This document shows, in pieces, positions 51,222 to 62,988 of a stretch of 64,000 nt of DNA (position 1 is its first letter; each line of letters starts with the position of its first letter). Below the pieces are notes generated by a model that was given only the letters and a program-made list of their open reading frames with translations, ran no database searches and was not told the DNA's origin. The position numbers were made by a program, and so were the translations under genes. Origin of the DNA: Cystobasidiomycetes sp. EMM_F5 (lineage: Eukaryota). Location of the stretch: positions 1 through 64,000 of the forward strand of contig JBPGPT010000052.1 of assembly GCA_051047955.1 (NCBI GenBank), in the 5' to 3' direction.

Positions 51222-53831
51222 ATGGCATCGCTCAGCCGCGTACGGGCCCATGTTAGCCTGCCAGGCTCAGCGGAATCCAAGCTATGGCTGCAAATTCCAA
51301 CGACGTCAAAGACGATTGTCGACGTAAAGAAGGCTTTTGCTGGGCAGCTCGGACTGGCGGCAGACGCGTTTGAGCTCGCAGTGGACGGCTTCAGCCTGCT
51401 GGACGGGTCAGCCCGAGATATCGTGGACTGCGTGAGATTGGGGCTGCGTTTTGGATTATTGCATGGTGGAATGCTGATGGACAGTCTTCCAGGACAACGA
51501 CGTCGTACAGTGAGCGTTGAGGCTGATCCGGAGAGATGTACCGAGTCTGATTGTCCGCCCGCAGGATACGCCCCGCTGCTAGCACATCCTACATTCTTCA
51601 CAAACGACAAGCTGATGAACAGTCGACGAATGACCAGCCCAGGCCAAAGAAAGCAAAACAGAGTCACAATGAAAGGCCACACGATGAGCTTCCACAGCCG
51701 AAAGACGGTCCCCCGACAGCGCAACAGATTAATGTACATGCAGAGCAACCAATATCTGACGATAGCATCGCCCTAGCGCTCGAGCAAGCCAAGAGAGACC
51801 TCCTCGCACAACTAGTCGACTCGGACGGCTCGTCAGACTCGACTAGCAGGTCATCATCGCCCTCGTCCTCAGCGTCAAGCTCGACCTCGAGCAGTGGTTC
51901 CGATAGTCACTCTGTTAAGAATGATGCAAGAGTCCAAAGATCTAGGCAATCATCGTCGTCATCCGACTCCACTTCATCGTCCTCATCATCATCATCTTCG
52001 TCCTCGTCATCTTCTTCGTCTGACTCGTCCTCAGAATCTGCGACTAGCAATCACATTCGCAACCTGCTTGAGCAACCTGCCGCTTCATCAGCAGTGCGTG
52101 AGCAACCTTCGCAGACCGTACAGCTACAGAGAGCGCCAGGAACGGGTAGTGCGAGCACCAAGTCACGGAATGCGCGCAAACGAAACCGCCGGCAATTATT
52201 GAAGAAAGCGGCGAAAGAATTCGAAGTGGAAACTGGACATGCCAGACCGAAAATCACTGGTGCTGAAGTTGTCGGAAAAGTTACTGGAGTGCCTGCAGCG
52301 ACTGCGCGGAGTGGCCTAGATGATGAACCCACGGCCATGCTTGCACTCAGCAGGACTTCAGAATCGCAGCTTGTTCCTGCGACAAGTACGCCAGTCGCAA
52401 GCGCATCCAAGAGTACTTCTATTCCTATCAACAACGATCTGTCATTGCTCGAACGTAGTATGAATTCGTTCGCAGCCATGCAATCCAACAAGAACAAAGC
52501 TCGGTCACTCAGACGTGATGCAGCCCGGGGCCTCAGGCAGAAAGGAACAAAGATTGTCTTTCAGGACAATGCAGTGGTTGATCCGCCCGAGAACGTGTCT
52601 ACAATCGGAGACAAGCCCGCTGAAGTAGATCTATATCCGTCGGATGTGTCCATAGAGACGGGTCCAACTCACGCGGCAGCAGAAGTCGAGCACCTTGAAA
52701 TCGATCTGTCGACGTATACTCCACAGTCCCCGATCCTAAACGGCTTGACATCGTCTTCCTCCGACAAACTCGGCAACGGGCCTGCTTTGCCGGCATCACA
52801 GGTTCCATTCCACTCGCGATCAGCAATCAATAAGCCTGCTCCACGCCGTCAAAGCGGTGAGCTAGCTGCACAGGCGGTCCTACACAACCATGACGACTTG
52901 GACCAGTCTTTTCAGCCGAACATCTCCTTCAACGGGCACGAGACGGCATGTCCCGCTGTGCTACCTCCAAGTTTGCGGACAGATCTACCGGCTAACGCAG
53001 TGGTCGTGAGTGTCGATGTTGAAGCGGAGTACTTCGTGCCGGGGGAGCCGCAGCCGGACTGGACCATGCCGCGCACAGCTCTCCAGTACTACACGCAAGG
53101 GATGTCTAGCAAGCTATCAGATGTCTCAACAGCTTCAACAAGGGGAAACCGGAAAGACAAGCGAGATCGGTCGAAGTTCACGAATGGGCAACATGTGAAC
53201 GGAGCGCTGCCACGACGCCCGAGTCAGCGAGTCACAATGACTGACGTAGAGACTGAAACGATGGAAAGTGTCGCTTCATTGTCAAATAGCGCCAGCAAAG
53301 GCATCTCGCAACTCTCGACGGGCTACGGAAATGCTGCGTGGAACGGGTGGCCAGAAAACACCAGCGAGCTTGAGGAGCAGTGGACCACTCTCAGAAAGAC
53401 GCATGCCCCGGGCGACGGCGAGCTGGTTGCAGTGAAGGTTGGTCCTTGTCGTAAATTAACTATTGTCAGTCTTCGCTAATGTCGGTTGTCAGATTCTTGA
53501 ATTGTCCCCGGCGTCCTACATGCCAGCCGTCTCCGTTTACTATGGCGTAGTCTTGTCCTTGTCGTCATCACCTCACTCATCGCAAATCAACCTCTTATTG
53601 CATCCCGCCTGCCGATCGCATCCCACTGAGGAGGCGTCTGAACACGAGGAGCACACTGCTGGGACAGAAACGCGAAAACCGCGATTCTTCGGGGAGGATC
53701 TTGCCACACTATCCAGCGAGGAGCAACATCCGATTCAGAACGCACCTTCATCGGTGTCGACGAAGACTATCAATCTCGACGATATTATCGAGACGCGCCG
53801 AATATACGTAAAGCGGGACAGCAAGCCGTAG
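51222..53831 (+). CDS. Coilin-like protein (Mug174-like)
   Basis: Ubiquitin-like N-terminus (KTIVDVKK...FELAVDGFSLL), Ser-rich and basic middle (TKSRNARKRNRR) and C-terminal GELVAVK|ILELSPASYMPAVS resembling the coilin Tudor-like domain. Confidence 0.72.
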
Positions 53832-54071
53832 GTGGTGTAAGCCATATGTTGGTCACAATGCCTCGTGCTTTTGTACTGTCAGTAGACCCGTACACCACGT
53901 TACAGGCGAAGAACAGAACTCAACATCCACATCATCCCTGGACCTGGACACCTCCTGTCTGCTCCTGGTCCACTGGACCATTTTTTCTTACGTCGTCCGA
54001 CTGATGGCTTGCGCAGCTCCAATGTCACACCAACCTTCCAACTCCTCCATCACAGAACATGGCCCTAATAT

Positions 54072-55875
54072 ATGGCAACGCTCTGCCGAACAGACCCGCT
54101 ACGGGAAAACAGGATTCAACGTATGGATCGCCTCCGTGTGCACTTGACGTTGCAGAACGTAAGCAATGAACGTCCACCTAAATGATGAATCTCTCTCATT
54201 CATATTGTTTACAGAGTATATGCTCAAACTCCTTCAAGACCACCCAAAAGGATCTAATCAAGATCAGACTGTACCTCACAGAAATGAAGAACCATCACTG
54301 GACAGCACTGGAACACACGGCACGACGGTTTCGTCTTACAAAACAGATGCGACAGGAATTATTAAGAGCGCGATGAACGACATGGCCGAACTTACAATTT
54401 ATGAGGGAGCCTCCTTCATAGCGCCGGAACTCGACCTGAAAGTAGCTCCTGCAACGGGAAGTGCTGCTCAAGTCGGCCATGTGCTCAACAACATTGTAAA
54501 AACATGGTTTCCTCTGGCTGTCGAGTCTGACACGGCTATCAAGCTGGCACCCTTTCTGAGAGTGTCCGGCAGAATGTCCGAGACCAGATGGAAGCCGATT
54601 CCTAAGTCAGCTGCACCTTGTGCAATTCCGATAAAGGGCGATTTCGTTTTCACGCTTGTTCATACGTTCACTCTACAACACAAGGATTGCACATACTTTC
54701 GAACAATCCAGATGCTTATCGATCAGATTCAGCCTATCAGAACGCTGCATGAAGACCTGTCGTGCGAAATAATCTCGCGAGTCCGACTAGCTGTAAATGC
54801 CGAATGCCAGATTACTAGCATCCTATGGGACACGGATGACACACTGCATCCTCGTCAGAACGGCAACACTGCTTCAGCTCTGCTCCGAACGATAGTGCTC
54901 AATCTAGCCCGCAGTACATCTGATTTGCTCTTCATGATGAAATGGTTTTCTGCCGCGTTCGGCTTAGCGAGCTCCACAGAGAGCAGTTGGATCTCAGCTC
55001 TGTTACTGCTCACCTCTCTCGAACTCGTTTTTGAGACAAAAGCTCATTTGCTCGGAGATAACACCGCAAATGGTACTGCAAGATCTGCTTCGTGTCCACC
55101 ACCTGGACTTCGTACCGAGTGCGTATCACAGCGGTAAATACAAAAATGACGCTCGTAATTGACTCACATTCGTGTCAGGGAAATACATTCGATACGGACA
55201 ACGCCCTGTACGCCGTTGACGTTAGAACTCATGGAGACTATGGCTTTGGAGAATCTAGAAACGCGGCGCACAATCATGCCACGACAAGTCAGTAAGGAGG
55301 TCAAGGTTGCGACAAAGGCAGGACCTCAGAGCACCTTGCCATTGAAGTTGGATGCGCATTCGTTTTCAGCATCGGTGGGCGGGCGCGTCGGTTCTCGCGT
55401 TCCCGTCACAGTGAGTGGTACGCCTGGCATTTCCTTCACTTCGCCCAATGGCACCACGACACCGTCGAAAGCGCCTAGAGACGCGGGTGGCACGTTGAGC
55501 GCCGGTACTTCATCATCTTCAGATGATGATCACAATCATCAGCGCGCATACTTTTCTAGCCCATCGAATGCCTTTGATCCGGATCAGTTAGCCGATAAGC
55601 TACAACGCCTCGTGTCACCACCTCGTAAACCAAGCTTACTGCGACACAATAACAGCGTCCTCGCACAGTCGTATCCTGCCGGCTCCGCTTCACCTGTAGA
55701 TGCAGGCCCTGCCTCGAGCTGCTACAACAGGATATTCGGATCTGCTGGTATGTCGACACTGGTGTATGCATCCTCGTCGGACGGGAGCGGAAGTACTTCT
55801 CCTGCTAGCAGCACTATATACAATGACCAGAAGCGGAGTCAATTTGGAGTTATCGGCTCTGGCCGACGTGCGTAA
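54072..55875 (+). CDS. Hypothetical protein with Ser/Pro-rich C-terminus
   Basis: ORFs 54166-55137 and 55159-55875 can be joined by a GT-AG intron near 55119-55178. The start is uncertain. Confidence 0.55.
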
Positions 55876-56122
55876 AGGCCAGACTGCATATGTTATCTGA
55901 AGGCGTACACGAGGATATCGCATCCGTGCCAACAGACTTGAAGGTCAATTTGCTGAGCATACAATGGGAGAGGAGTTGCGGTTGCAACGTAGGGTACTCA
56001 TGGAGAACGAAAACTAGGAAATGTAACTTGTCTAATCAGAAATGTCAAATGTCATGACGAGCCGAATACCATAGCTATTTCGCCTTGCCTGGCTGTCGTG
56101 TCTCCACAACAATATCGCTCGA

Positions 56123-56937
56123 ATGTCTAGATGGGAATACTGCTTCGTGAAGACTTCTAACGGAGCTAACATTCACACCAAGCTACAGCGTCATGGTCCT
56201 CGCTTCAATGGCAAGCTCGCATTCATTGCCCACGCTTTTGGACGCCTCGGAGGATCCTGGAGCGAACACGTCGTTCAAGCCCTGGCTGCTAACTTGACTG
56301 ACAATCATGGCTACCACGTCGTACTGATGAACTCTAGAGGTGTTGGCGAGAGCACCGGAAGGCCATCGTTTACGTGAGTTTGCGATATCGCGAGCATCCC
56401 GGATGCCCGATGATGATATATCCTACTCCAAGGCTCATATCGGAGACACAAGACTACGAGAGCGTAGTTCAATACTACGTCGACAAGCTTACAGAACCCG
56501 ATCTGCGGCTGGAGCGTCTTGATTTGCTGCTGTGCGGCAACAGTGCAGGCACTCTGTCCGCATCAACGGCCAGCATCCCGCAGTCGAGCGGCACCCAAGT
56601 TCGAATAGGATACATTCTAATTTCGTACCCTCTATCTGCTACATGGGCATTGAGCCTCTTTCGTCAGGCATTCCACGAGAAGGCCATGAGGGCCATCGCC
56701 AGCAATGAAACCCTGCGCTTACTCACCATACGAGGCACAAACGACCAATTTACGGCGGACAGCAAATACGCAAAGTGGGAGAAGGAGCTGATGACCGCAA
56801 GCTCCAATGGGTCGGTCGCTTGCGCCATCTGCGAGGGGGTTGGACATTTTTGGCTAGAAGTCGAACATCTGGCCCGCCTGTTAGCAGAAGTCGACAATTG
56901 GCTCTCCACCGACCACATCTCGCTACGAGCAACGTAG
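56123..56937 (+). CDS. Alpha/beta hydrolase
   Basis: AHAFGRLGGS, NSRGVGESTGRPSF, nucleophile GNSAG, LISYP, GTNDQFT and GVGHFW. One intron near 56374-56432. Confidence 0.85.
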
Positions 56938-57226
56938 ATTCTGCCCATGACAGTCGTCGTACTAGACCGGTCATTCGGAAAGCAGCCATTGTCTGCCTTT
57001 GTAGGGCTGGATAAGACTATCGCGGCTACTCATAAACAAGTACACGGACTTCGCCGACTACATTTCACACTAACATCAGGTCTATATCATCAAGCCACAT
57101 AGTGTAAAATGGGGCTGTTTGATCTTGGTCGGGGCTGGTGAGGTCGCAGCGATTCATTAGCGATTCACAAGCTGAGTCCTGCGTTTACATTGCAGGCCAG
57201 GGTCTGTCAAGAGAGCACATCGTAAC

Positions 57227-58288
57227 ATGGCAAGTCAGAATCCCCAATTCGCTCAAACGCCGCCGGCCGGCGCTCAGCAACAATGGCAATACGCCAACGA
57301 CGCATCACGCTTTCAGGAAGTGCATGATCTGCACGACTTGTCAGCACGGATGGAGAGGCTCAACGAGGGACTAGATGAAATCACGAACAAAGCTCGAAGG
57401 AAGAATCGCCCTACCTCTGGTCTATCTCAGTCATTCGTGCCATCACCCGCACAAGCACAGAATAGCCATTCGACAACCATGCCCTCGTCGTCGCCAGTAG
57501 ACCCCAATTTCAACCCGAACCCCTTCTATGCCCCTCAAATGCAACAATTTGATCGCGACAGTCATTCGCAATTTGCAGGCGAGTCTGATGCAGACATTCA
57601 AGATCTGATCGAAGAGGGGAGGCGAGCGCGACTTAGGAATGTGCATCAGCCGCGTGCAAATCCTGAAACCGTATCACCTACCGGCAGATACTCAGCACAA
57701 CCGAACTTCATGCCATCGTCACCGAATACAGGCTTCACGCATGCGACAAGCAGAGCGACCCCGCCGCGCGATTTTATGCCCAGTGTGCGGATGAGTGGTC
57801 CTGAAATGCCCCGTCACCCTACAGGCCGTTTCGACAGCTATAATGACATGTCTACAGGATCGACAATGCCTGAGGTATTTGGACAACCGGCCTTCGCATC
57901 GCCAGAAATGCAACAACGTGCGCGGAGGAGCGCTGATGTGCATCCATCCTCCCATATGCATGATCCTGCTTCGATGCCTCACATACGGAACGGGTTTGAG
58001 GGTCGGCCCAGCTTCAACTTCCCTTCCCCTTTCGCGATGCCACAGCCAATGCATTACTCTCCGCAGAGCGGCTCTGTTCCACAGCCAGGCCTGCACACGT
58101 CTAGCGCAATGCCACCTCAGATGCAAATGCCGATGCCGTTCCCTACACCTATGCAACCACACCCGCAGATGCCAACGTCGCTGCACCATGGTATGCCTCT
58201 CCGCATGCATCCCGGCATGCATCAAGGATTTCAGAATGGCCAGCTGCATATGATGAATTCGCCAATGATGATGCCGTACGGCATGTAG
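57227..58288 (+). CDS. Hypothetical intronless Pro/Met/Gln-rich low-complexity protein
   Basis: 353-codon ORF with a short coiled-coil-like segment and an M/P/Q/H-rich tail. Confidence 0.65.
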   Translation: MASQNPQFAQTPPAGAQQQWQYANDASRFQEVHDLHDLSARMERLNEGLDEITNKARRKNRPTSGLSQSFVPSPAQAQNSHSTTMPSSSPVDPNFNPNPFYAPQMQQFDRDSHSQFAGESDADIQDLIEEGRRARLRNVHQPRANPETVSPTGRYSAQPNFMPSSPNTGFTHATSRATPPRDFMPSVRMSGPEMPRHPTGRFDSYNDMSTGSTMPEVFGQPAFASPEMQQRARRSADVHPSSHMHDPASMPHIRNGFEGRPSFNFPSPFAMPQPMHYSPQSGSVPQPGLHTSSAMPPQMQMPMPFPTPMQPHPQMPTSLHHGMPLRMHPGMHQGFQNGQLHMMNSPMMMPYGM

Positions 58289-58529
58289 CGCCTGTCGATT
58301 AGATCCTAATTCATCGCTGCAGCTCACTTTAGCGTGTAGGCCTAGGCATCAACCAATTGCAAATAGTGAAGATGCTCTGTTGCATTATTCGCTGTCAGAC
58401 CCATGCAGAGACTGTCTAAGACATGCCATCTTTGGCGTTTCATTGCTTGCTTGCTGTTCCACGACTACCGCGTTACTGTTGCTGCTTTGCATCTGAAGAA
58501 GGAGGGGCTACATAGGCGCCACGTGAAAA

Positions 58530-60853
58530 CTACCACATATCCATTCCGAAGACACCGGAGATCATCCCTTGTCCGGCACCACCAGTACCAGGTCCGCTCT
58601 GCGCAGCCTTGTTGACAATTGTACTCTGCAGCTTGTTGATCGTATCAGTCCACTTTGTGAGCGAAGCGTATCGCTTTGAGTCAGTTTGGTTCCTGAATGC
58701 AGAGAGTGCGTGCGGCATCAGTCAGAGGGTCTGTGCGCGTCAGATACTTTACGCACTGGTTTTCGAGTTCCAATTCGCCGGTCACTTGGTCAATATGACC
58801 TTTAACACGTCCATCGAGAATCAAGGCGACGAGAATCTCCTCTACATCATCCGCAGATATGCTCAATTGCTGTCGTAAGTGGTATAGTCAGCAATTGTTT
58901 ACCAAGGGACCGGTAAAAGTCAAAAACTATGGCGGCAGCTGTCGCCAACTCACCTTGGCAAGGTACGATACTGAGATCCTTGTGTATGGCTTGATGATGT
59001 CGATGATCCACTGCGTCCGTAGAGATCGCAAGACCTCGTCAATATGTTCTCGAATGAAAGCATCGTCCATGATGGTCGACCGATTATCTGCGAGAAGCAG
59101 CGATTACAAGTCAGCCTACATGTCTAGCACTCGCGGAATCTCGATCACTTGCCGCGAATGATCTTTTCAGCTTCGTGCACCTCTCGCCTCTGGTAGGCTG
59201 CGACGAGGTTGGTCATTGCAACAATTTGTCTATCATTCTTGTACCTGCAGCGGACACCAAATCGGTCGTAATAAGCGCAAGTCTTGCTAAAAATGTCTGC
59301 CACGCTCACGGTTTTGTTTCTTGAGAGTCAAACGGATCGATTTCGCTGCCCATGAGCATATGAGCGAGCACAAGATACTTGAGTACCTGGATACGTTGCG
59401 GCGATCCAGCTTCGTCATAGTTTCGGAATGCTTCGAAAAAGTCAATCTGAGCCTTTGCCCATTCGCCTGCGTAGAGGGGAGCGCTTAGTAATTCGTCGAA
59501 ACTGCGTTTAAATACAAGTTGCCCACGCTCAGTCATGTGCATCTTTCCACCGCACTCTCGAATGACGCCCATGATTCTCGGATGCGGTATGGCCGACTTT
59601 ACGTGAAGCGTCTGATCGTAAATCTCGCGGAGTCGCTTGTTGTCTCGCTGATCAGTGTACATCTGGATCTCGAGGGCGAGTATCTCGAGCAGGAGTGTAC
59701 CGCGAGAGTTGTCAACAGTGTCGGCATTGGGGTCTTCAGGCTTGATGGTGGCGTGTAGGTCTTTGGTGATCTGCGGGGTTACAACAGGTGTGCGGCGCAA
59801 CAGGCATCGACAGAGAAACCATGTCGATGGATTGCAGCATGTTGAAGGTCGCAGCGCCATGCCATAGAGGAAAGTGAAGTCATCGAGCGCACAAAGATCC
59901 GTGCGACGAGTGCGTATGCCGTCAGACACTGCCACCACCCTTCTCTTCCTTCATACACCCACCTTCTTTAGCAAGCCATACTCCTTCCTGTCTAGCCACA
60001 GTTTAGCCAGCTTCAAGTTTGTCCTCGTGCTCAGCCTATCGTTCTTTGCCTCGCTGAGGGAAGTGATTGTCTCTTGGTAAAACTTGTGCATGAGGTCCGA
60101 GTGAATGTCGTTTGACGAGGACACGTCGTCGAGGATGGAGTTGATGGACTTTTCGGCGTAGCTGCGAGTGGGTTGTACAGTCAGCCGATATGTTGACTGG
60201 CCTATAGACACGCGTCTACTTGCTTCCTCGTCACTGCCGACTTTGTGTAGGGGAGGAGTCGTTGGTAGTATGCGAGGGATTGCTCGTATCTGTGGAGGGC
60301 GAATGTAATCTTGCGTAGCTGTTTGAGTGCCTTGAAGCCCCTGTGGCCGACGACGGGGCAAGGGTGAGTGGATATATTGACGATGAGAGGCTGGACACCC
60401 TCACCACTCTCCCTTTTCCTGTTGGGCGTCTACGATAGCCTCCAATTCGAGGATTGCCTGGTCTGGCTTGTCTTGCTTTATGGCTGCGAGGCGGATACAC
60501 ACGCTCAGTTGCGACATTGTCGAAAGTCAATCCTACTCACCCTTTGCCTGGTAGTATCTATTCTCTGTCCCGGTGTCCCCGTCGCCGTCGCCGTCCTCTC
60601 CGTCGTCGTCTTCGTACTCAAAGTCCTGGGGTGTCAGTGATTAATAGTCGTTAATTAGCATTAGTAGTCAGTGCAATCAGTCGACATTATCAGTCACATT
60701 ATCACTCAAACCCGTCAGCATCCATCCGATATCCTAATCAGCATGATATACCCCCACCTCGTCGCCCTCGTCCATCATAAAGTCCTCGTCGCTGAGTACT
60801 CGGCCCATCAGCGTCGATAATGAATAGCAATTAAAAGTAACCCACTCGCTCAT
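58530..60853 (-). CDS. CSN2: COP9 signalosome subunit 2
   Basis: [77 protein letters not shown] and a C-terminal PCI domain. First exon is 8 nt. Confidence 0.96.
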
Positions 60854-60890
60854 CGTTGCTGATAATCTTAGTAATTGGAATGAAAGCAAG

Positions 60891-60930
60891 CTGTAATCCT
60901 TGTAATTGCTTGTAATTGCTTGTAATTACT
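60891..60930. repeat. Tandem 10-mer TGTAATTGCT in a divergent promoter
   Basis: ctgtaatcct tgtaattgct tgtaattgct tgtaattact. Confidence 0.85.
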
Positions 60931-60972
60931 CCAACAATGCCCAATATGCAAACATGACTACTGCAGACTGCG

Positions 60973-62615
60973 ATGGACGCTGCCCAGCCTCGTATGGCTA
61001 GTATGCAGCCATTACTGCAGCCCGCCCGGTTGGGGGTCAATGGTAATCACAATTACAATCAGCAATACAACCAGCAGCCGCAGCATTACAATCTTCATTA
61101 CAATCAGCATTACAATCCACACTACAACCAGCATAATCCTCCCCTCCACCCCCCAGCAGCTGATAATGACCCAGGTATCGCGAGCCAGTCTTTGAACCAG
61201 CCCGCGACTGAGCCCCGTGTTGCGGGTAACGTAGCCAGTCAAGGGAATGGCCAGGTGAGTCGCTGTGAGGTGGTTGGATCGTTTGGCTGACCCTCGTGGT
61301 CGTATTTGATGATATCGTTTCCAAAGGGCCTGGCAATGCAGACGGCAACGGCAACGGCGCAAAAGGGCATGGCGATTCAGAGTATGGACTCGCTCATTCA
61401 GCAACGACACGCGCAGGGCCAGCGTCGTGCAGAAGAGGACGGTGTAATGCCCGAAAACCAATATCATAATGCACCCAGACACCCCGAGCAGCATACACAC
61501 ACCCACGCTCCGACACCCGCAATGACAGCGCTGTCTCGATACACCCACGACTATCAGTCCACCGCAACGGCTGCTCTCTCCGGCCAAGCTACGTCAAATC
61601 CATCCCATCTCAACAACCCACAATCCATCCACCCTCAATCAGGATCCTTCACTCCGCAAATGCCATCCCACGTTCCACCCCACCAACACCCAACACCCCA
61701 AGACCGCTCTGTCGCCGCTGCAATGCACTTTCTGACCCGACAAGCCCCGCCCCCGCTCGTACCGGCAGTCAGTCCAGCAGCTCACCGTCACCTCTTTCAC
61801 GCCTACATTTACGACTACCTCTACAAGCAAGGCTACTCTCATGCAGCGCGAGCCTTTCTCATAGACGCACCAGATACACCCGCTCTCAACAAGAAGGCCG
61901 CACAGGCCTCCTCACCGTCGGGCAAGAATAATCCACCCCAACAGCAGGCAAAGACTGCAATCAAACCCGGGTCTTCTGGATCTGAAGGATCAATGTCAAA
62001 CGATTCCGTCGAAGGGCACTACTCTGCCACTTCCACAGGCAGCGGTGCGAGCAAGAGTACCCAAGCCACGTCAACGAGCGGACATACGTCGTCGTACCCC
62101 GAGGACAACCAGGCTCACTCGACCAAGGGAGAGTCGCCCAGCGGCGCGTCGACGTTGGCATCCCCCGTCAAACCATCCTCGCTCTCAGATCAACCTCCTC
62201 CTCAATCTGCAACCCCCCTACCCGAACCCGATATTCAGATTGCTGCACCGCAGGGCTTCCTGTACGAATGGTGGACCGTCTTTTGGGACGTCTTTCGAGC
62301 TAGAGGCGACAAGGGGGGTTCACCAGCTGCAAAGGCGTTTGTTCAAGCTGGAGACGGGAGGGTGAGCAGCGTGATTGCAGTTTGCATTGACGTCGAGACA
62401 AGCCAAGCTGACATTGCACTGAATATTGCACAGCTGCCCACCTACGAAGGTCACATACTGGATCCCCGAGTGTCAATGTCTGCTCACAACCCCGATCCGA
62501 GAAGGCTGCAGGCAGAACGTAGCGGGTCTGGACAGCAGACTCCGCATCTACATCAACATGCTCACCACATACAGCTGCAGCAGCAGCAATTGCAGCAACA
62601 TCAGCAAATGCTGAT

Positions 62616-62648
<33 letters not shown>

Positions 62649-62951
62649 TCAACAGCACCAACAGCAACGGCACCAATTGCAGCAAAACAGCAGCACATCT
62701 ACGTCAGTCGCTGCCGATTCTACCAATGCCATGGCTGGGCGGAGATTGGCTGCCGACAGCGGTATGCCACAAGCTGCTCAAATCCGTGGTTTGCCCCCTC
62801 ATATGGCCGTTATGCCTAGTCATCACGGTGGACAGCAGGCAGGTCAACAAGCGCAGCAGCAGGTTGCATCCGTTGAGTCACCACCAAAGAGGAGAGCTAC
62901 GCTAATGGACCCGCAGCAATCTCAGATGACGCCGGGCCAGCAGATGCAGAT

Positions 62952-62988
<37 letters not shown>

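Noticed and set aside
60626..60757. C/D snoRNA in CSN2 intron 2
   Set aside because: Many CTGA/CTAA motifs are present, but the C box is non-canonical (GTGATAA). They are better explained as reiterated branch-point-like sequence.
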